Of a DNA stretch of 64,000 nt, positions 1-9,449 are shown one piece after another. The stretch spans positions 672,001-736,000 of the forward strand of contig CAWKNZ010000002.1 of NCBI GenBank assembly GCA_963851265.1. Reading direction: 5' to 3'. This stretch comes from an uncultured Gemmatimonadales bacterium. Its GTDB lineage: Bacteria > Gemmatimonadota > Gemmatimonadetes > Gemmatimonadales > Gemmatimonadaceae. Under the pieces are notes generated by a model. That model saw only the letters and a program-made list of their open reading frames with translations, searched no databases and was not told the origin of the DNA. The position numbers and the translations under genes are program-made. Numbering within the stretch: the stretch's first letter is position 1; each line of letters begins with the position of its first letter.

Positions 1-2501
1 TCCGGTACAACAACGACCCCGTGACCGCGCCGAATCTGACGAGCGGCGTGACGACGACCCGCGTCAACCGCTTCCAGGTCGACCCGGAGGAGATCGCGTC
101 GCTCGACATCGTCAAGGGCCCGTCGGCGGCGGCGCTCTACGGCACGGCCGCCGCGAACGGCGTGATCATCATCCAGACGAAACGCGGCATCGCCGGGCGC
201 ACGCGCTGGACGGGAATCGGCGAGATCGGCTCGGTCGTGCAGCCGTCGAGCTTCGAGCCGAACTGGTGGTCGTTCGGGCACAACGTGACCAACGGTGTCG
301 CGGGTACCAGGGTCGTGCACTGCCTCAACAGCCAGCGCGCGCTCGGCCAGTGCACCGTCGACAGCGTCACGTCGTACAACCCGTATACGGCGGCGCCGAC
401 CGACCCGTACGCGAATGGCGGGCGCGGCACGGGCGCCATTCAGGCGTCGGGCGGGAGCAACAACCTCACGTACTTCGTGTCGGGCGAGCGGCAGCAGGAG
501 ACCGGGCCGTACCACATGCCCGACTTCGAACAGCAGCGGCTCTCGACGCTCGGACAGCAGCTGACGAACACGCAGATCCGCCCCAACCAGCTCGCGATCA
601 ACGCGATCCGCGGCAACTTCGGGCTGACCCTGGCGCCCAACGCGACGCTGACCGTGAGCACCGGCTACCAGGGGCGTTCGCTCTACACGCCGTTCTCGGG
701 CGGGTACTTCGCGGGGATGCAGTTCCAGTTCATGACCGCGCCGGGCTACCGGACGCCCACGAACGGAACGCAGCGCGAGTTCGTCGGCGACATCTTCTCG
801 GTCGAGCAGCGCCTGCAGGACGACCGCCTGACGGGGAGCGCCGCGCTCAACTGGACGCCGGTGAGCTGGATCGACGCGCGCGCGACGGTCGGCATCGACG
901 CGACGTCGTCGTACAACTACCGCCTGCAGATTCCGGGGCAGGGCACGCACAACGGGTCGGCCTGGGGTCCCACCGCCTCGCAGGGGTACTCGGGGAAGGA
1001 CGCGCAGCGCGCGAACACGAACGTGTATTCGGTGGACCTCAGCGCGACGGCGACGCGCAGCCTGACGCGCGACCTCCGCTCCCGCACCACCGTCGGCGGG
1101 CGCTGGTACCGCACCGGGTTCTACGACTCGGAGCTCTCGGGCTACGGCCTGCCGCCGGGATCGACGGAGCCTAACGCGGCGGCGCAGCGGCTGTCGTGGG
1201 AGTCGGTGGTCGAGAACGCGCAGTACGGCGTGCTCCTCCAGGAGGACCTCCAGTTCCGCGACCGCCTCTTCCTGAGCCTCGGCATCGGTCAGGACCACAA
1301 CAGCGCGTTCGGCCGGTCCGTCGGGAACACGACGTACCCGCGCGGCGGCATCTCATACGTGATCTCGGACGAGCCGTGGTTCCCGCGCATCGCGGGCCTG
1401 AGTCGGCTGCGGCTGCGCACGGCGGTCGGGAAGTCGGGCGTGCAGCCCGGCACGGTGGCCGCGCTGCAGTACTACCAGTCGCAGACGTATCCGATCTTCG
1501 GCGTCGAGCAGCCGGGACTTCGGTTCCAGGCGCTGGGCAATACGAACCTCAAGCCCGAGGTCACGACGGAGGTCGAGGGGGGCGCTGACATCGGCTTCCT
1601 GCGCGACCGGGTCACGGTCGAAGCGACGTTCTTCAACAAGCTGAGCCGGGACGCGCTGTACGCGCTCCCGCTCGCGCCGTCGCTTGGCGTGGCCGCCGGG
1701 ACGCAGTTCTACAACCTCGGCAAGGTGAAGAACGCCGGGCAGGAGCTCGCGGTCGACGCGCTCGTGCTGCAGTCGGTTCCGCTCACGTGGAACCTCCGGG
1801 TGAACGGCTCGCACATCAAGAACAAGCTCGTCAGCGCGGGCAACGTGGTGCTGCCGACGCCGCAGGGCGCGCGCATCGCGGTCGGATATCCGCTGTTCGG
1901 CCTCTGGGACAAGCCGTACACGTATAGTGACGCGAACAAGGACGGCCTCATCGTGCCGTCGGAGATCACCGCCAGCTCGACCGACGCGTTCCGCGGCTCG
2001 ACGCTGCCGGAATACGAGGCCGGCGTGAACAACGTGTTCGGCTTCTTCAACAACCGGCTGCGCGTGTCGACGCTGTTCGACTACCGCGGGAATTTCTGGA
2101 ACCAGTGGGGCTACCAGTACCAGCGTTGCGGCAGCTCGCTGAACTGCCAGGCGATCAACGACCCGAAGGCACCGGTCGCCGATCAGGCGGCGGCGGTGGC
2201 GTCGACGACGGGCTCGTTGTACAACACGCGGTGGGGCTACTTCGTCCGCAACGACTTCATCCGCCTGCGCGAGCTGTCGTTCTCGTACGAGCTCTCGGAC
2301 CGTCTGACGCGGCGCTACCTGCGCGGCCGCTCGCTCTCGGTCGCGCTGAGCGGGCGCAACCTCGGCGTGCTGTGGACCAAGTACCCGGGGCTCGATCCGG
2401 AGGCGAACTCCTCGGTGGCCAACACGGGCGGCGGCAACAACGACTTCTACGCCGAGCCGGCGCTGCGCTACTGGGTCGCGAAGTTCAACCTGGGCTTCTG
2501 A
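1..2501 (+). CDS. SusC/RagA-family TonB-dependent outer-membrane transporter (5'-truncated by window edge)
   Basis: Plug motif 'DPEEIASLDIVKGPSAAALYGTAAANGVIIIQTKRG', 'GNTNLKPE', C-terminal 'YPGLDPE...KFNLGF'; followed by a SusD-like lipoprotein. Confidence 0.95.
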   Translation, partial: RYNNDPVTAPNLTSGVTTTRVNRFQVDPEEIASLDIVKGPSAAALYGTAAANGVIIIQTKRGIAGRTRWTGIGEIGSVVQPSSFEPNWWSFGHNVTNGVAGTRVVHCLNSQRALGQCTVDSVTSYNPYTAAPTDPYANGGRGTGAIQASGGSNNLTYFVSGERQQETGPYHMPDFEQQRLSTLGQQLTNTQIRPNQLAINAIRGNFGLTLAPNATLTVSTGYQGRSLYTPFSGGYFAGMQFQFMTAPGYRTPTNGTQREFVGDIFSVEQRLQDDRLTGSAALNWTPVSWIDARATVGIDATSSYNYRLQIPGQGTHNGSAWGPTASQGYSGKDAQRANTNVYSVDLSATATRSLTRDLRSRTTVGGRWYRTGFYDSELSGYGLPPGSTEPNAAAQRLSWESVVENAQYGVLLQEDLQFRDRLFLSLGIGQDHNSAFGRSVGNTTYPRGGISYVISDEPWFPRIAGLSRLRLRTAVGKSGVQPGTVAALQYYQSQTYPIFGVEQPGLRFQALGNTNLKPEVTTEVEGGADIGFLRDRVTVEATFFNKLSRDALYALPLAPSLGVAAGTQFYNLGKVKNAGQELAVDALVLQSVPLTWNLRVNGSHIKNKLVSAGNVVLPTPQGARIAVGYPLFGLWDKPYTYSDANKDGLIVPSEITASSTDAFRGSTLPEYEAGVNNVFGFFNNRLRVSTLFDYRGNFWNQWGYQYQRCGSSLNCQAINDPKAPVADQAAAVASTTGSLYNTRWGYFVRNDFIRLRELSFSYELSDRLTRRYLRGRSLSVALSGRNLGVLWTKYPGLDPEANSSVANTGGGNNDFYAEPALRYWVAKFNLGF

Positions 2502-2535
2502 GGCACCCGCCGTGGCTTCCCCCGAGACCTCTCCG

Positions 2536-3909
2536 ATGCCGACCACTTCCCCTCACGCCCGCGGGCTGCGCCTAACGATCGCCCTCGCCTCCCTCGCCGG
2601 CGCGGCCTGCAACCGCGACAAGCTGCTCGAGGTGCAGACGCCCGACATCATCACGACGTCGTCCGCCGGGTCGGTGAGCGGCGCGCAGGCGGTGCGTGCC
2701 GCCGCGGTCGGCAACTTCCTCTGGCTGTACGCCGGCGACAACAACGGCTCGTCCCCCCTCGGGATGAACCTCGCCACGGGCATGTTCGCCGACGAGATCT
2801 TCTCCGCGCGGAGCGGCACCGAGCATTGGGACCAGCGCGCGATCAATTCCACGCTCCTGCCGTCGAGCACGTGGAATCAGGTCGGCAACACGCACACGCA
2901 GCTGATCCGCGCCATCAAGGCGATCAACCAATACCCGCCTGCGGGGACGACGAAGGGCACGCAGTTGGGCGAGTTGTACACGTACCGCGGCTACACGTAC
3001 CTGCTGACGGCCGAGGCGTACTGTAACGGCGTCCCGTTCACGAACGGCGACGACGCCAACCCGACGTACACGGTGCTCTCGAACGCGGACCTGTACACCC
3101 GCGCACTCGCCGTCTTCGACAGCGCGGCGCAGAACCTCGCGACGGACACCACGGCGGCGAACGCCGCGCAGATCGCGTCGCTGAGCCGGACGATCGCCGT
3201 CGGTCGTGGGCGGGTGCTCCTCAACATGGTGCGCGACAGCACCGACGTGGCGGGGTTCCAGGCGGCCGCGGCCGCCGTCACGGCCGTGCCGACGACGTTC
3301 TCGTTCAACCTGACCTACTCGTCGCTCACGGCGAGCATCGTGAACGTGGTCTACGACTGGATGGTCGCGACGCGCAACTTCGGCGCGTCCGACAAGGAGG
3401 GAGGAAACGGGCTCGACTTCCTCAGCTCGAAGGACCCCCGGATCAAGGTCGACCCGACCAAGACCGCGCCGGGGCAGGACGGGAATCCGACGCCCACGCT
3501 CCTCTTCAACAACACGACGAACTTCCCGGTACCGCTCGCGACCGGGACCGAGGCGCGGCTGATCGAGGCCGAAGCGAAGCTCGCGTCGGGCGACGCTGCC
3601 GGGTGGCTGGCGGCGCTCAACACGCTGCGGACGGGGACGACGGGACTCGCGCCGCTCGCCGATCCGGGGACGGCGGCCGCGCGGAACAGCCTCATGTTCC
3701 GCGAGCGCGCCTTCTGGATGTACATGACGTCGCACCGGCTGGGCGATCTGCGCCGCCTCGTGCGCCAGTACGGGCGCAACTCGGAGACGGTCTACCCGAC
3801 GGGCGCGTACTTCAAGGGTGGCGTGTACGGCACGGACGTGAACCTGGTGCCGTCGCAGGCCGAGCAGAACAACCCGAGCTGGAAGGCGTGCACCGATCGT
3901 AAGGCGTGA
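2536..3909 (+). CDS. SusD/RagB-family surface lipoprotein
   Basis: Signal peptide with lipobox 'LAGAA-C'; 'EARLIEAEA' and 'RERAFWMY...HRLGDLRR' SusD-type C-terminal motifs; ATG at 2536 (alternative GTG 2512). Confidence 0.9.
   Translation: MPTTSPHARGLRLTIALASLAGAACNRDKLLEVQTPDIITTSSAGSVSGAQAVRAAAVGNFLWLYAGDNNGSSPLGMNLATGMFADEIFSARSGTEHWDQRAINSTLLPSSTWNQVGNTHTQLIRAIKAINQYPPAGTTKGTQLGELYTYRGYTYLLTAEAYCNGVPFTNGDDANPTYTVLSNADLYTRALAVFDSAAQNLATDTTAANAAQIASLSRTIAVGRGRVLLNMVRDSTDVAGFQAAAAAVTAVPTTFSFNLTYSSLTASIVNVVYDWMVATRNFGASDKEGGNGLDFLSSKDPRIKVDPTKTAPGQDGNPTPTLLFNNTTNFPVPLATGTEARLIEAEAKLASGDAAGWLAALNTLRTGTTGLAPLADPGTAAARNSLMFRERAFWMYMTSHRLGDLRRLVRQYGRNSETVYPTGAYFKGGVYGTDVNLVPSQAEQNNPSWKACTDRKA
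3141..3197 (+). repeat. 57-bp segment of the first susD, duplicated at 9040-9096
   Basis: 51/57 identity by hand alignment with a 27-bp perfect core ggcggcgaacgccgcgcagatcgcgtc. Confidence 0.85.
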
Positions 3910-3992
3910 GTCGTCGGGGGCGGCGGGAGGGGCGCGCGGCCGCTCTCGCCCGCCCGACGTCGCTCGGACAGCGGTGACTGGCATCGAACGAG

Positions 3993-4026
3993 ACGGCGGG
4001 GCGGCCAGTACTGGCCGCCCCGCCGT
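3993..4026. terminator. Perfect 34-bp palindrome, probable bidirectional terminator between convergent susD genes
   Basis: acggcggggcggccagt|actggccgccccgccgt, followed by TTT on the + strand. Confidence 0.75.
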
Positions 4027-4052
4027 TTTCGTCAGCCTGCGACCGCGTTACG

Positions 4053-5544
4053 TCACGGGGTCGTCGTCGAGCAGGCCGCCGGGTTGAAGTTCGGGTTGTT
4101 CTGCTCCGTCTGGGGCAGCGGGAACGCGACGTCGTTGCCGTACGTGCCGCCGCGGAAGAACGGCCCGCTCGGGAACACGGCGTTCGTGGCGAAGCCGTAC
4201 GGCGCGCGCGCGAGCCGGCGCAGGTCGCCCTGCCGGTGCCCGGTGTTGAACAGCCAGTAGGCGCGCTCGGCGAACAGCGTCTGCTGCGCCGCGGTTTGCG
4301 TCGCGATCGACGTGGCCGCGAGCGGCGCGAGCGTGGCCGTGAACACCTGCTTCTGCCCCGGATAGAGCTTGGCGATGAGCGTCGCCGCGTTCGCGCGCAA
4401 AGCGTTCAGCGTATCGAGCATCGGGCCGTACTGCGCCGTCTGGTACAGCGCCTCCGCGGCGATCAGCCGCGCCTCAACGCCCGACGCGAGCGGCACCGCC
4501 GAGGCGAAGGTCGGATAGTTGTCGTTGAGGAAGCAGTTGATCGACGACGTGAAGCACTTGCTGGTCTTCACCTCGTACGGGATCCGGGGATCGTTGATCG
4601 CCCGGAACGGCAGGCCGGCCGCCGTCGCGTTGGTCAGGACCGGCGCGGTCGCGTCGGGGCGGAGTGCCGTCGTCGCGCCGGCCGACGTCGTCGTCGTCCC
4701 GCCCTCGAGGTTCGAGATGCCGTAGCGCCCGTTCTGCTGGAGCGACGCCACCGGGTTGTACTCGTTGGCCGAGTTCGACGAATGCTCGAGCAGGTAGACG
4801 TAGGTCATCGGCACCGTACTCGCGGCGGCCGCGGCCTCGGCGAACCGACCCTCGTTCAGCAGCGCGCGCGCCTTACCGATCTTCGCGAGGTTCGCGGCCG
4901 GGCCGTACTTCAGCGCGTCGTTGAAGCGCGCGATCGCCGTGTCGTTCATCGCGGTCGTACCGATCGGCGTGCCGTAGGCGAGGTTGTTCGGGTCGATCGT
5001 GCCGCTGTCCGGGAGCGCGGTGAACGGGATCGACCCACACCAGCCTTCGCTGAGGGTCACGTATACGTACCCCTCGACCGCGCGCATCTGCGCCAACGTC
5101 GCCGAATCGGCGGTCGCCGTCGCAGGCGTCGTAAAGCGCTGCACCTGGACGAACGCTCGCCGGGCCTGCACGCGCGCGTTCTGCAGGAAGTTGAACGCCG
5201 CGTCGGACACGTTGCCGAGTGCGGGCGGCTGGAGGTTGCGGCTGTCGGCCGCGTTGCGCGTCGTGAACGTGTCGCCGTAGTAGAACTCGTCGGTGATGAC
5301 GGCCGACGAGGTCAGGAACGCGTCGCCGCCGAAACCGCTATATCCGCCGCGGAACTGGAAAATCGCGCCCTGAACGAGCGCCGGCGTGGCACCGGCGTTG
5401 TTGACGGCCGTCGGCGACAGGCTGTTTGGATCGGTGACGGCTACCGCCTGATCGGTGTTGCAGCCCGGCGACGGCGACCGCGAGTCCGGCGAGCGCGAGG
5501 CCAGGGAGCGCGCGGGTGCGCGCCCCTCGAAAGTTGCCATGCAT
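4053..5544 (-). CDS. SusD/RagB-family lipoprotein with an apparent +1 frameshift at the lipobox
   Basis: Body has 'EARLIAAEA' and 'ERAYWLFNTGHRQGDLRR'. The signal peptide MHGNFRGARTRALPGLALAGLAVAVAG (ATG 5544) is in another frame and joins C-NTDQ if one base of 5464-5466 is removed. Confidence 0.85.
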
Positions 5545-5559
5545 GAGGATGGTCACCGC

Positions 5560-8500
5560 TCAGGGTTGGACGTCGACGCGGAACGTGATGGTGCGGACCG
5601 GCGGCTGCGTGTTGAACTCGTTCTGCTGGTAGTTGGACGCGCCGCCGCCCGTGTTGATCTCGGGATCGATGCCCGTGTACGGGGTCCAGGTCTTCAGGTT
5701 GCGACCGGCCACGGAGAACGACAGGCCGTTCCGCGCGCGGAAGTAGCGCGAGGCGATCGACTGCGGCACGTCGTACCGGAGCGTGAGTTCGCGCCACTTC
5801 ACGAACTTCGCGTCCTCGATGTAGCCCGCCGGCGTGGCGCCGAACTCGGCGTACTGCGAGGCGATGAACGCGGCCTGCGAGGCGAGCGACGCGTGCGGGT
5901 TGGACAGCGCGTCACACTCGCCGTAGTACGGGCTGGCGTTCTGCGTGCGGCAGCGGAAGTACGTCGTGTAGTTCAGCTGCTTGTTGCCGGCGCGACGCTC
6001 GAAGAGCGTCGAGACGCGGAAGTTGCGCAGCAGCGTGACGTCGAACGACAGGCCCTGCGTGTTCGTCGGGAGCGACGGTCCGAAGTACGCGTAGTTCTGC
6101 CCCGGAACGAAGCGGCTCGAGTCGACGCGGACCTCGTTACGCGCCAGCTTGCCGTCGCCGTTGGCGTCGTTCCAGGTGATCGGCGTGCCGAAGAACGCCC
6201 CGGCGGGATAGCCCACCCGGTGGGCCTGCGCGCCGCCGAAGCCGATGATGATCGGCGGGATGTTCTGCCCGAGCGTGACGATGTGATTGGACAGGGTCGT
6301 CGCCGTCAGGCGCGTTGCGAGCGAGAAGTTGCGGGAGCTGACGAGGTTCGCGCCCAGCCCGAACTCGTTGCCCTTGTTGGTGATCGCGCCGATGTTCTGG
6401 AACACCGCCGAGTTGCCGTTCGTCAGCGAATAAAGCCCGGCGGACGGCGGAAGCGGGCGCGAAATCAGCGCGTCCTTGGACTTCCGGTTGTAGTACGTGT
6501 ACTCGAACGTCACGCGGTCGCCCGCGAGGCCCGCGTCTAGGCCGAGTTCGCCCTCGGTCGTGCGCTCCAGCTTGAGCGTCGGGTTACCGGTGTTGCTCAA
6601 CAGGAGCGCGGAATTCTCCGTCGTCCCCGTGACCGCCGCGTTGTTGCCGTACGACGTGAGCGCCGCGCCGAAGCCCGGGCGCTGCCCGGCCTGGCCGAGC
6701 GCGGCGCGGAAGCGGAGCAGGCTGACCGACGGGAGCTTCGGGAAGAACGATTCCTTCGAGACGACCCACGACCCCTGAACCTGCGGGAAGTACGCGAGGC
6801 CGGACGCGAGGCCGCTGTTGTTGTCCGCGCGGACGGCGCCGGAGATGAACAGGCGGTCGCCGAACGCGAACTCCTGGCGCGCGAATCCGGAGACCGTGCG
6901 CACGTCGGTATATGGCTCCGAGACGGCGAACTGGGTGGCCGTCGCGCTGCACGACGAGAGCCCCGACGGGATCGCGACGCCGTAGCAGTAGACGCCCTGG
7001 AACAGGTCGCGCTGCAGTGCCGTGCCGATGGTGGACGTCGACTGCAGGTTGCGCAGCAGGTTGAACGTCCCGGTCGCGGACGCGTTCGCGGTCCAGAGGT
7101 GCTGCGACGCGCGGGTGGCCTGGCGGAAGCCGAGGATGTAGCTCTGCGCGAGCGGCAGATGGAACTTCGGATCGAGCGTCTGCTCGTCGACACGGTTGAC
7201 GTTGTCGAGCCCGACGTTGCCGTTGAAGCGGAGCCAGGTCAGCGGCGTGTAGTTCCCCTGAACTCCGAGGATGAAGCGGTCGACGCTCTGCCCGACGGTG
7301 ACGTTCCGCTGGTCGGCCGTGTTGTACCCGAAGTACGAGCCGTACCGGTTACCCGGCGTGCTGACCGTGTCGGACTCCATGCCCGGCACGTACTGCGCCG
7401 TTCCGAGGAACGCGTTGATGAGCGGGCTGAAGATGCTGTTGTCGTTGTTGACGCGGACGGTGGACGACGTCACGTAGTTGGCCGTGACCGTCACGTTGGC
7501 GTTCTGTCCGACGCGCGCGCCCAGGTTCGTGCGGATGCTGGTGCGGTCGACGTCGTTGGGGCGCAGGACGCCGAACTCGCGATCCTTGTCCGCGCTCAGC
7601 AAGTACGTCAGCGCCTCGCTGCCGCCCGACACGTTCAGGCCGGCTTTCGACAGGCTTCCCGTCTGGAACGGCGTCGTGCGGGGATCGCGGAACTGGTCGA
7701 AGTTCAGGACGACGTCCTGCGTACAGTTCGTCAGACCTCGGAGCGTCGTGCCGACCGGGATGGCCGCGCGGTAGTTGGGGCACACGTCATACGGCGCCGT
7801 GCTGCTGCCCGTGGCGGCGCGCGTGTTCAGGTACCCGCCGTTGTTGATGTAGTACGGCTGCCCCGAGGTGTACTGGGTGAGCGCGATCCAGTTCAGCGGG
7901 TAGGTGTTCTGGTCGCTCTGCGGGCCGCCCTCGATGTAGGCGCGGTAGCGAGGCGCGCCGATGCGGCCGCGGCGCGTCGTGATGAGGAGCACGCCGTTCG
8001 CCGCGGCGCTGCCATAGATGGCCGAGGCAGCCGGACCCTTGAGGACCTCGACGTTCTCGACGTCCTCGAAGTTGATGTCGTTCAGACGCGAGTAGTCCTG
8101 ACCGCCGGTTCCGAACCCGCCCTTATCGTTCGACGAGAGGACGCCGTCGATGTAGATGAGCGGCTCGTTCGAGAGCGAAAGGCTGTTCGCGCCGCGGATG
8201 CGGATGCGCTGGGACGTACCCGCGCTGCCGGCGGCGCTCTGCAGGTTCACGCCGGCGACCTTGCCCTGGAGCACGTCGGAGAACTGCGTGATCGGGCCTT
8301 TCGGAAGGCTGTCGACGTTGACGTAGCCGATGTTCGTGCCCGTCTCCGTGCGCCGCTGCACCTGGCCGGTGATCGCGTTGACCGTGACCTCCTGCAGCTG
8401 CGTGGCCGAGGCGGCGATCGTGAAGTTCGCCGTCGCGGGCTGGCCCGCGGTCACCGTGACGGCGAGCGTCGACGATGCGAAGCCGACCCGGCGGACGCGC

Positions 8501-8730
8501 ACCTGTTGCGAGCCGCTCGGCACGCCCGCGATCCGGAACCGCCCCTGCTGGTCGGTGATCGCGCCGCGCTGCGTTCCGACGATCGACACCTGCGCCTCGG
8601 CGATTGGGCGACCACTCCCTTTGTCGACGACGGTGCCGGTCACGATTCCCGCAGACTGCTGCGCGAACCCGACTGCAGGTGAAATCGCGGCCGCGAGGAT
8701 GGCCGCGGCGGTTCCAACCCTCTGTTGCAT
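5560..8730 (-). CDS. SusC/RagA-family TonB-dependent transporter
   Basis: Start MQQRVG with GGAGG RBS; signal peptide; carboxypeptidase-regulatory-like N domain; plug 'DVENVEVLKGPAASAIYGSAAANGVLLITTRRG'; 'YTGIDPE'. Confidence 0.95.
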   Translation of the reverse strand: MQQRVGTAAAILAAAISPAVGFAQQSAGIVTGTVVDKGSGRPIAEAQVSIVGTQRGAITDQQGRFRIAGVPSGSQQVRVRRVGFASSTLAVTVTAGQPATANFTIAASATQLQEVTVNAITGQVQRRTETGTNIGYVNVDSLPKGPITQFSDVLQGKVAGVNLQSAAGSAGTSQRIRIRGANSLSLSNEPLIYIDGVLSSNDKGGFGTGGQDYSRLNDINFEDVENVEVLKGPAASAIYGSAAANGVLLITTRRGRIGAPRYRAYIEGGPQSDQNTYPLNWIALTQYTSGQPYYINNGGYLNTRAATGSSTAPYDVCPNYRAAIPVGTTLRGLTNCTQDVVLNFDQFRDPRTTPFQTGSLSKAGLNVSGGSEALTYLLSADKDREFGVLRPNDVDRTSIRTNLGARVGQNANVTVTANYVTSSTVRVNNDNSIFSPLINAFLGTAQYVPGMESDTVSTPGNRYGSYFGYNTADQRNVTVGQSVDRFILGVQGNYTPLTWLRFNGNVGLDNVNRVDEQTLDPKFHLPLAQSYILGFRQATRASQHLWTANASATGTFNLLRNLQSTSTIGTALQRDLFQGVYCYGVAIPSGLSSCSATATQFAVSEPYTDVRTVSGFARQEFAFGDRLFISGAVRADNNSGLASGLAYFPQVQGSWVVSKESFFPKLPSVSLLRFRAALGQAGQRPGFGAALTSYGNNAAVTGTTENSALLLSNTGNPTLKLERTTEGELGLDAGLAGDRVTFEYTYYNRKSKDALISRPLPPSAGLYSLTNGNSAVFQNIGAITNKGNEFGLGANLVSSRNFSLATRLTATTLSNHIVTLGQNIPPIIIGFGGAQAHRVGYPAGAFFGTPITWNDANGDGKLARNEVRVDSSRFVPGQNYAYFGPSLPTNTQGLSFDVTLLRNFRVSTLFERRAGNKQLNYTTYFRCRTQNASPYYGECDALSNPHASLASQAAFIASQYAEFGATPAGYIEDAKFVKWRELTLRYDVPQSIASRYFRARNGLSFSVAGRNLKTWTPYTGIDPEINTGGGASNYQQNEFNTQPPVRTITFRVDVQP

Positions 8731-8737
8731 GCTTCTT

Positions 8738-8937
8738 CCTCCGTGAAGTGCGACGGGGTGCGCCATCGTGCGACGTGATGGCGCGGGGCGGACGAGCAAA
8801 CCAGTGGGGGTCTACGACGGTGCGCCGGGGGCGTTGTGCAGCCGCGGTCCGCTCTCAAGCCGGACGGCTCGGGGCGGACACGAAGAGACTTCACGGAGAG
8901 CCAAGTGTCGAAGTGTCGAGACCCGTCGCCGTGAAGT
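8738..8937 (-). promoter_or_regulatory. Putative structured 5' leader or operator array of susC (three ACTTCACGG elements, one overlapping the RBS)
   Basis: ctccgtgaagt 8739-8749, acttcacggag 8888-8898, ccgtgaagt 8929-8937; tandem aagtgtcg x2 at 8903-8918. Confidence 0.45.
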
Positions 8938-9039
8938 TTTCGCTAGAACTGAGACAGACCTCGGCGGAGCCGGCCTCGTCACTGCAAACGCGAAACTTCG
9001 GTCATCGAGAACGCGCACCATGGCGGGCTCATGCGCGAG

Positions 9040-9096
9040 GACGTCCACCAGGGCGGCGAACGCCGCGCAGATCGCGTCCTTGAGCCGGGCGATCGC
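9040..9096 (+). repeat. Intergenic copy of susD segment 3141-3197
   Basis: Same orientation, 6 mismatches, no gaps. Confidence 0.85.
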
Positions 9097-9449
9097 TCGC
9101 CGGCCCGAGGATGACAGCTCCGGGCGCGTCTGCCGCAAGGCACGCTCGTGAATCTCGCGCAAAGCGGTGACGCGCTCCGAATCGATTGGGTCTGAACGGT
9201 CACAGGCGTGAGATCGCTCAGGGATGAGCGGATCCAAACGCCGACACGATGGCCAAGCGGCGGTACCGCCGCGTGCACGTCGTAGCCGGATCCGGGACGG
9301 CCGCGCCGCTTGGCGTGGCCGTCCTACGTCGCTCTCTGGAGCCTGTGCTCGGAGGCCGGCGATGCGGTCACGCCCGGACTGCGTGTGCTGGTACGTCACC
9401 AATCGCCCTTCGGGGCGCTCTCTTGCCAAGGTGCGTGGAGGATGATCGA

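Noticed and set aside
3141..9096. Diversity-generating retroelement interpretation of the 57-bp duplication
   Set aside because: Mismatches are not adenine-specific, the segment is mid-gene, and no reverse transcriptase is present in the window.
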